Shown: in pieces, positions 17,187 through 23,187 of the stretch | Numbering within the stretch: position 1 is the stretch's first letter | Layout: each line of letters opens with the position of its first letter | Assembly (NCBI GenBank): GCA_965226865.1 | Contig: CBDDEH010000004.1 | Coordinates: forward strand, 1,953,432-1,977,431 | Length of the DNA: 24,000 nt | Reading direction: 5' to 3' | Origin: Dehalococcoidia bacterium | GTDB lineage: Bacteria; Chloroflexota; Dehalococcoidia; Lucifugimonadales; JAGWBF01 | Translations under genes and position numbers: made by a program | The notes under the pieces: generated by a model | What the model saw: only the letters and a program-made list of their open reading frames with translations | Databases searched by the model: none | Told to the model about the DNA's origin: nothing

Positions 17187-17705
17187 CTAGTTCTGCTCCC
17201 CTTCCGGCGAGAAGGGATCCTGCTCACTAACCAACGCCTGTGACTCCACGATGGACAATCCCCGACTGGTCTTGTCGCCCCAGAGACTCTTTACGTACGT
17301 GAGCACTTCGATTATCTGCTCATGGCTGAGCCGGTCACCAAATGCCGGCATGGCACTCTTGAAGCCCGGATAACTAGGGTCTTCCAGCATCTTTCCGCCC
17401 TGGCTGACAATTTCGTACAGGAGGCCGTCCGCATGGTGCCAGGTGTGGCCATCGCCATTCAGAGGCGGCGGCGGCAGGGTGCCATCCGTCTTCCTGACAT
17501 GCCAGTCGGGCTGACCCTCGCCATCGGCTCCATGACAGGCAGCACAATTTGAGGCGAATATCTCCTCGCCAGTAGGGGCAACCTCCACTGTTGAAGTGTT
17601 GCCGGGTGCTGGTATGTCTTCGCCAGGAGAAGACGAGCAGGCAACCAACAAGACTGAGGCGAGCACCAGTATGGCAAGAGCGGCAAAGGACAGTTTGAGT
17701 TTCAC
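17187..17705 (-). CDS. Class I c-type cytochrome, lipoprotein
   Basis: 172 aa. Lipoprotein signal MKLKLSFAALAILVLASVLLVACSS. One CAACH haem-binding motif, and a distal Met candidate in FKSAMPAF. Confidence 0.85.
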   Translation of the reverse strand: MKLKLSFAALAILVLASVLLVACSSSPGEDIPAPGNTSTVEVAPTGEEIFASNCAACHGADGEGQPDWHVRKTDGTLPPPPLNGDGHTWHHADGLLYEIVSQGGKMLEDPSYPGFKSAMPAFGDRLSHEQIIEVLTYVKSLWGDKTSRGLSIVESQALVSEQDPFSPEGEQN

Positions 17706-17784
17706 GGTGCTGACCTTACTTTACGGTTACAGGTAGTTGCCAGTCGAGCGACATGCAACTATCTCCCATCTCTTGGGCAACCTC

Positions 17785-18005
17785 GGCCCCCATTATGCAA
17801 TCCGCGTGTAACTTGGGCGTTACACAGAGCCCCTAGCCACATCTCGAAGATGGTACTACCTACCATCCACGTAGGCCCATCTGTGAGGGATCGAACCGGC
17901 TATCAGGGTTGAGGTGGCACGCCCACCTGTCGATCCGCCTGACCTTACCCGGTCGCATCCAAATCGACCGCCCACGAGTACTGCAGCTTTTGGTGTCGAT
18001 TGAGA
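17785..18005 (+). repeat. Repeat family 'U', copy U2 (left inverted arm next to the recombinase remnant)
   Basis: Core c4 at 17831..17900: CCCTAGCCACATCTCGAAGATGGTACTACCTACCATCCACGTAGGCCCATCTGTGAGGGATCGAACC. The inner end CCGCCCACGAGTACTGCAG (17968..17986) is the reverse complement of 18810..18828, with 18 of 19 positions matching. Confidence 0.75.
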
Positions 18006-18790
18006 AATGGGGATGGTATAGCGTATGAGAGCGTCGCCGGGAATGACGATGATCTCTTTGACGAAGGACTCAATGAAGGACCTGCGCTCGGTCAGCTCGC
18101 TCTCTTGGAGGAAGTCCTTCATTGAGTCCTTGGCGTAGGCGGAGATAGTCTTCACGTCGTCCAGGTGCGCCCTGCGCTGGGAGAGGATTGCCCTGGCGCG
18201 CCGCCGCATCCTCAAGACGCTCCTTCCGCTCCCGGTGCTCTTTGACCCTGTCTGAGGCGTCGGCGATGTCAATGTCGGACGTCTCGATGGCGTTCCAGAT
18301 GCGGCCCAGCCGGCGCTTCACGTCCTCAAGCTCCGTGGCGATGGTCTCCAGCCTCTTGCGCTGCTCGCTGGCTATGCCGTCCATCTCCTCGTCCACCGCC
18401 CTCACCAGCTCGGTGATGCTCCCCTCGGTGAGGATGTTGGAGCGAATCTTGTCGACGATCATCTGCTCGAAGCGGCGGGCGTTGAGCCTGGGGGTAACGC
18501 AGGCGTTCTTGCCGCGTTTCATGATCGACTGGCAGACGTAGTAGGAGAACTGGCCGCTCTTGGCGTCCTGGCCTGAGAGCGCCCTGCCGCACGCCTTGCA
18601 CTTGACCAGACCGCTGAGCAGGTAGGTGCTTCCGACCCTTCGGGGATGGGACCTCTTGGGAGCACGGGCGCGCATCAGCTTGCCGACTCGGTTGAACTGG
18701 GCCTTCGTGATGATGGCGGGGAACGCCTTCTCCACCCGCACCGGCTCGGCGTTGTCCTTTGCCTTCGCGCCCCAGACCAGGGTCCGCGGT
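18006..18790 (-). pseudogene. Large serine recombinase remnant: catalytic N-terminal domain missing, one internal frameshift
   Basis: Two overlapping ORFs (18070..18741 and 17856..18272) together read ...DLVWGAKAKDNAEPVRVEKAFPAIITKAQFNRV...YLLSGLVKCKACGRALSGQDAKSGQFSYYVCQS (recombinase and zinc-ribbon domains), then a coiled coil, then ...SFIESFVKEIIVIPGDALIRYTIPI. The frame switches near 18198..18212 (GC-rich gcggcggcgcgcc). No resolvase-type catalytic domain lies upstream; homology stops at about 18790, where the inverted repeat begins. Confidence 0.8.
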
Positions 18791-18792
18791 TT

Positions 18793-18985
18793 TTAATAGA
18801 CACAAAAAACTGCGGTACTCGTGGGCGGTTGGTCTAAGAGAAGGCTGAAGTGACAACAGTTGAGGATGTTCGATCCCTCGTATGCGGGCCTGATTGGACG
18901 GTAGGCAGTCCCATCTTTGAGATGTGGATGGGCCTGGAAGCTTCCTAGGGTCTGCCAACTTACAATCATGACTATGACAAGTGGG
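18793..18985 (-). repeat. Repeat family 'U', copy U3 (right arm, inverted orientation)
   Basis: The reverse complement of 18863..18934 reads CCACATCTCAAAGATGGGACTGCCTACCGTCCAATCAGGCCCGCATACGAGGGATCGAACATCCTC. The inner end at 18810..18828 matches the U2 inner end. It is shorter than U2 because the c2-like module is missing. Confidence 0.7.
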
Positions 18986-19080
18986 GATGGGCGGCGGCAA
19001 CGTCTCGACCGATTGGCTCAACAGAGTAGCTGCTGAGAGGTTCATTTCCTGAGGTCCCAACCGAAATCGCCAAGACGGGC

Positions 19081-19135
19081 CAGCAAACGAGCAAAGCGAA
19101 GGGGCCACAGGGTGCAATCCCTGTGGCCCCTTCGC
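19081..19135 (-). terminator. Rho-independent terminator downstream of the 76-aa membrane ORF
   Basis: A perfect 17-bp stem, GCGAAGGGGCCACAGGG (19096..19112) paired with CCCTGTGGCCCCTTCGC (19119..19135), with a 6-nt loop. On the minus strand it is followed by TTTGCTCGTTTGCT. It begins 14 nt after the stop at 19149. Confidence 0.6.
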
Positions 19136-19148
19136 CATGGCTTGAATT

Positions 19149-19379
19149 CTATCCTCCTCTTGGAATTACCGTAGGAGGCGGCTCCTCTGGTGTGGTAGTT
19201 GTACTAATGGCAGGCAGAACCGCAATAGTCGTTACCGCGAAGAGCACTCCCGCCACAACCGCTACGATACCGAGCACGTGACGTACTCCCCCGTACTTTC
19301 TTCTCACCACCGTAATCCCTACGATTAGCAGTATTGCAGAAGGCGGTGTCATCATGAGAAGCCAAACCCATGCGGCCAT
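19149..19379 (-). CDS. Small membrane protein (two predicted transmembrane segments)
   Basis: 76 aa. GGGAGGGAG lies about 8 nt upstream of the ATG. There are two hydrophobic stretches (AILLIVGITVV and VLGIVAVVAGVLFAVTTIAVL) and a strong terminator downstream. Confidence 0.5.
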   Translation of the reverse strand: MAAWVWLLMMTPPSAILLIVGITVVRRKYGGVRHVLGIVAVVAGVLFAVTTIAVLPAISTTTTPEEPPPTVIPRGG

Positions 19380-19445
19380 TGCTTAATCTCCCTCCCAGGC
19401 TGGGCGAACCTGCGGACATTACCTGCGGGCGGAGGACGTGACGCT

Positions 19446-19559
19446 TCAGGGTCCCGCTGCCTTAATGATCGACCAGCTTGGGTTGCCGTCCGTAGCCGAG
19501 TTATTGGGCAGGCGGGTTAGGCCGGAGCCGTCCGCGTTCGTCACGTAGATCTTTGCTGG
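19446..19559 (-). pseudogene. C-terminal fragment of a PD40/TolB-repeat gene
   Basis: The minus strand reads PAKIYVTNADGSGLTRLPNNSATDGNPSWSIIKAAGP*, a single PD40 unit (IYV..ADGS....LT......P.WS) of the same repeat type as 10354..11262. There is no start codon, and it begins 15 nt after the stop of the upstream gene. Confidence 0.5.
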
Positions 19560-19574
19560 CTGTCTCGCTCGTGA

Positions 19575-19883
19575 TTATTCTACCATAGGCTCTTTGCTGA
19601 CGACCTCGACCAGCCGGTACTGTCCTTTCTTCATAACTACCCTCAATCTGTACACGTATCCTTCCTCGTATTCGAACCCCTCGACCTTGCGGTAGGTAAC
19701 CACGCCGTTTATCACTAGCGACCTCCTCGTTTCCGGTCCAACGGTCACCAGCATATCTTCGGGTATCCCTTTGGTGACGACACGACGAGGCGATGGGCTA
19801 TGTTTGGTCAGCCACAGGTAGATAGCTACAGAGAGGGCTATGCAACTGAGGACGATTGCCAACATCAACAGTGCTGTATCCAT
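19575..19883 (-). CDS. Membrane-anchored small hypothetical protein
   Basis: 102 aa. AGGAA lies 5-6 nt upstream of the ATG. The N-terminal anchor is LLMLAIVLSCIALSVAIYLWL. The C-terminal VTYRKVEGFEYEEGYVYRLRVV reminds me of DUF4377-type domains; that is from memory and unverified. Confidence 0.6.
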   Translation of the reverse strand: MDTALLMLAIVLSCIALSVAIYLWLTKHSPSPRRVVTKGIPEDMLVTVGPETRRSLVINGVVTYRKVEGFEYEEGYVYRLRVVMKKGQYRLVEVVSKEPMVE

Positions 19884-20593
19884 TATGTTTCCTACGTGAA
19901 ACGGCCCCAGCGATTAAACCGGAGCCGCGAGGTTAAGACCGACCGCTGGCAGTCGAGCACACGGGCAGTAGCTTTCAAAAGCCCGTTTACGGACATTTAC
20001 TTACCTTCCGGCTATTCGATGTAATCCCACCGTATGTGTTGCCGTCCGGACCTAACATCCAATGGGCGCTGATGGCCCTATAACGCCCGTTCTCGCAGGG
20101 GCCATGTGTTGTTACTTCAATGCTGTACGCGTTGTACCGGTATCGGAAACCTCCGGACCCCAAGGTTCCAATCCGAAGCAGATCCCCAGAAAACAATGCG
20201 TTTTCTTGTAGAGTTCGGTCTCTACAGCGGGGTGCGAGGGAGGAGGGCACAGATTCAGAGTCAGAATGATAGTTGGGTTTGGAACATTACTCCGGCTATT
20301 GTTGTCAATCAGCGAAAGTGGGACAGAATGGGACCCGAGAAGGTCAACGTTATGAAAGGGTTTGGGCGAGCTCCCTTAGGGTGCTGCTGTAGCGCCTTCT
20401 CCGCTCGAAGGTGCGGCACTGCTACTCGAGACCTGCTCGCCCTGCAATCCCCAACTACGTCAAATATCTGGCCCCCCTCGGAGGGGCCGAGGAGTTCGAG
20501 GTACTCTTCACGCTGACAGCCCAACTGTCGCACGGCAGAAGCACAGCAGCGTCATGGGCAGGACATCAACCCGCAACGAACAGTTGTCGTTGT

Positions 20594-20722
20594 TCAGCGT
20601 CCCCTGTTACCCTTGTCCCTGCGTCCCTGGTCATCAAGGTATCTCCACAGCTTGCGGGCTCCCGCAAACAACCCCGCTACGAGGAATACCCCGACCACTG
20701 ACATCCAGATTAAGGTTTCCAT
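20594..20722 (-). CDS. Possible 42-aa single-pass membrane peptide (too short for the ORF track)
   Basis: The reverse strand from ATG 20722..20720 reads METLIWMSVVGVFLVAGLFAGARKLWRYLDDQGRRDKGNRGR*. AGGAG lies 4-5 nt upstream. It sits 68 nt downstream of the 262-aa secreted-protein gene on the same strand. Confidence 0.35.
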   Translation of the reverse strand: METLIWMSVVGVFLVAGLFAGARKLWRYLDDQGRRDKGNRGR

Positions 20723-20790
20723 ACCACTCCTGATTGACTGGGAGCGAGGAGGCGGGGCTTGCCACTGACCGTCACGGGCGCGAGTGCGCT

Positions 20791-21579
20791 CTACTCATAG
20801 CCCAAGTACTCCCAGGCTAGCTCGCATTCCAAGTCAGCCGGCCAGGGAGGCAAGCTGGAACCGGTGCATACTGCGAGGAACACATAGGGCATCACTTGAT
20901 ATCCCCTCGCGGCCGCCGTTGCGGTGGTCGTGTGCCCGAATGGACTCAGAGGCACGCGGTGATCGTACTCGCCCCGCACTGTCGAGTAAATCAGAGTTGG
21001 GCCACTCAAACTGCTACCGTCGTAGACGCATTCGTCCACGTAATAGTAGAACGGTGGCGATGGGAAATGATTGCCCCAGCAACTCCCTGCCCGGTTGCTC
21101 CCATCGAACACAGCCCCTCCGCCGGTGAAGTTTGCCATCTTGAAGTCAACTTTGGACCGTGTCTTCGTCAGGTCGTCTATCGATTGAAAGCCGACGACCT
21201 TCGCAAGAGCATCGACTCTCCACTTATACCCTTCGGCGTCGGCGTCGGCGTCACTGCGCTCCTCCTCTGCCTGTCTGGGGACGAGCTCTTTGACGACCAG
21301 GTTGCAGGTTCCTTCTTCTATTCCCACTCGTACCTTGCTCACGTCGCCTGACATCTCAATCCTGACGTCTGGGATACCGCATTCACCGGCCAATCCGGTT
21401 CCTTCGTGTATCACGTCGCCCTCCGCGACCCCGGTTCTGGGGTCTTGGCCTTCAACCGTGATCTGGACGCTCGAACTTTCTCCTGGGGGCCTGTCCCCAC
21501 CCCCGGCAAGTACAACCCCCGAAAGCGCAAGCATGGTGAACAACATCAGCCCTACCATGAACCAGAACTTCATTTTCAT
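20791..21579 (-). CDS. Secreted hypothetical protein with conserved Cys motifs
   Basis: 262 aa. A strong AAGGAGG lies 7 nt upstream of the ATG. Signal peptide MKMKFWFMVGLMLFTMLALSGVVLA. It shares the motifs C..(27-30 aa)..C.(L/A)VV and CW.N.FP...(D/E)(E/D)C...GP...GE(Y/F) with the partial CDS at 23188. Confidence 0.7.
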   Translation of the reverse strand: MKMKFWFMVGLMLFTMLALSGVVLAGGGDRPPGESSSVQITVEGQDPRTGVAEGDVIHEGTGLAGECGIPDVRIEMSGDVSKVRVGIEEGTCNLVVKELVPRQAEEERSDADADAEGYKWRVDALAKVVGFQSIDDLTKTRSKVDFKMANFTGGGAVFDGSNRAGSCWGNHFPSPPFYYYVDECVYDGSSLSGPTLIYSTVRGEYDHRVPLSPFGHTTTATAAARGYQVMPYVFLAVCTGSSLPPWPADLECELAWEYLGYE

Positions 21580-21679
21580 ACTGTTACCTCCTTAGGTACT
21601 TGACCGAAGGCTATGTCAAAATGGCATATAGCATTACGACATTACCGACCCTACGTGTGGCGCAAAAGCTCGAAAGCTG

Positions 21680-21878
21680 TTAGATCAGGCCATGGTACTT
21701 CATAGCATGTTTCCCCTCGTTTGTCAAGTCCCACTTATTCTCTCCGGACTTTAGGTACAGGTTGATAGCCTCCCTAGGAGTTAGCATATTCATGCCCATA
21801 TGAGGGCGCACAGTGTTATAGGTACCGCTGATACCAGGTATTCAACTCCAGGTGGTCTCCAGAATGCCGCTCTAACCA
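21680..21878 (-). pseudogene. C-terminal fragment of a DDE (rve-type) transposase/integrase
   Basis: The minus strand from 21841 down to stop 21682..21680 reads [58 protein letters not shown]...(L)TP.EA is the conserved C-terminal tail of rve-domain transposases. The upstream piece (...[14 protein letters not shown]) is in another frame. No catalytic core is present. Confidence 0.55.
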
Positions 21879-22236
21879 GAAAAAGGCTTCCAGAATCATC
21901 CGGATAACCTCTTGCAGCATCTTGTCCGTCCACGTCGGTATGCCCAGAGGACGGGTTCCCCCATTTGGCTTGGGAATGTTGACCCGTCTAACTGGCGTCC
22001 ACCGGAACCGCTCATACCGAAGTTCCTCGATAAGTCGGTCGATTTTGGCCAGTGACATGCCGTCCACGGTCTCTGCGGTGGTTCCCTTGGTCATCGCCCC
22101 CCTGGTTTGAGTAGAGATGGCCGTAGGCCCTCAGGTAGAGTTCCCGGTTGCAAAGCAGCCGATAGATGTTCTCCAGCGGCAATTCTCTTTCTCCGCGTTC
22201 GCGTGTGACGTTCAATACAGTTTCGGCGTTTTGCAT
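21879..22236 (-). pseudogene. Group II intron reverse transcriptase/maturase, N-terminal third only, frameshifted
   Basis: From ATG 22236: [46 protein letters not shown]. Reading continues only after a 1-nt slip in the C6 run 22097..22102: [72 protein letters not shown] (RT domains 0-2). Homology ends at about 21879. RT motifs 3-7, the X domain and the En domain are absent. Confidence 0.75.
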
Positions 22237-23070
22237 TATGCATACCTCCCTGTCGTATTCCGTCGAAACCACCTGCCCTCCTTCGCCATGTACCGGGCTT
22301 TCCCCGGCTCGGACTACTACGAGGGCTCCGTTGCCATAGGGGTCTCCCCCCGTAGGCAATCCCGCGTTCCGTTTGACTTCGGGGATTGGGCTTTGCTAGT
22401 ATTCACGTACATCCACCAGAGGAGTACTGCCATAAAGACGGCACTCGTGGTCTTGGTAGTGGTGGTCGGATTTGCTCTAGTAGTGACTCTGGCGACACCT
22501 GTGTCTTTTCTTGTGTTGAACAGGTTTGGGTTGGCAGAGACTTGGGTCGTTGGAGCCTTATTTTCCTCCTTCATATTATTTTGGTCCGTTGTGCTGTTCA
22601 TGGGATTGGTGTTGGCTGCCGTCGTCGTAGTGGGGTGGCGCATTCTCAAGGTGAGATGCGTTACGTTTGGAAGCGACGGCGGGAGCCGTGGCTAAGACCG
22701 TGGTGGCTAGAGCGCATCCAGATTAACCAGGTCCCCGTTGTCTTCGACACAGGACGTTCTAGCGCGACTTAGGTGCCCCGTTCGTTCCCTTGAATGCCCA
22801 CATTGGCCATCGTTCGCTCACCGGAGGTGCGCTGGCCACGAGTACCGGCCAGTGCAATGAGCGGCGCCGGGTTTCAAGCGTTTTACCGGCGGGTGAAATC
22901 AGACACCGACTGGGAACTGGGGTTCAGGCAATCAAGCTTTCACCGTATCGCGCGGGCCTTGCGGAACCAGCCCTACAACGCTTTCAGGCTGTAGCCGCTT
23001 TACCGAAACTGGCTTTAGTACCTCCGACTGGATAACAATCCCGTAGACGGTGTGGGGGCGTTTGCAGCAC
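21879..23070 (-). mobile_element. Degraded group II intron (5' RNA domains plus truncated intron-encoded protein)
   Basis: Immediately upstream of the RT start, the minus strand reads ACGGAGCCCTCGTAGTAGTCCGAGCCGGGGAAAGCCCGGTACATGGCGAAGGAGGGCAG (22280..22330). This closely parallels the domain III/IV region of Ll.LtrB as I remember it (CUCGUAGUAGUCUGAG...UACAUGGCAAAGGGG). GGGAGG lies before the ATG. 22741..23070 looks like structured domain I RNA. The 5' end at GTGCTG (23070..23065) is a guess. The 3' domains V and VI are absent. Confidence 0.6.
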
Positions 23071-23187
23071 GGTGCCCGCGAATGGGTATCCCTTGCGAAT
23101 GTGCTTCAATAGGCTGAGTTGCTAGGGCATGTGGCAGTGAAACTCTTGTTGAAGGTTACAAACTGACCAGAAAGGAATGGAAACAAC

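Noticed and set aside
16745-17900. tRNA- or tmRNA-like signals in the repeat cores: GGTTCGATCC on the minus strand, and CCATC-TTCGAGA-TGTGG, which resembles a T-arm followed by CTAGGGG. These suggested duplicated tRNA/ssrA 3' ends left by serial island integration.
   Set aside because: I could not build a cloverleaf. Only about 29 nt separate the candidate acceptor strand from the T-arm, and the acceptor pairing is 5/7 at best. The implied 5' end would be CCCC rather than the GGGG of tmRNA. The GATCGAAC hairpin is not conserved between copies. tRNAscan-SE or ARAGORN should still be run.
18326-19138. 270-aa ORF on the minus strand, the longest ORF in that region.
   Set aside because: It runs out of frame through the recombinase remnant and straight across the U3 repeat. 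It is Arg/Pro/Gly-rich with no recognisable domain. It is explained as a spurious open frame in GC-rich sequence.
19987-20701. ORFs 19987..20250 (minus strand, 87 aa), 20106..20516 (plus), 20309..20533 (minus) and 20411..20701 (plus).
   Set aside because: They overlap one another, use non-ATG or unsupported starts, and lack both ribosome-binding sites and recognisable motifs. I cannot support any of them as a gene, although 19987..20250 might be a fragment.
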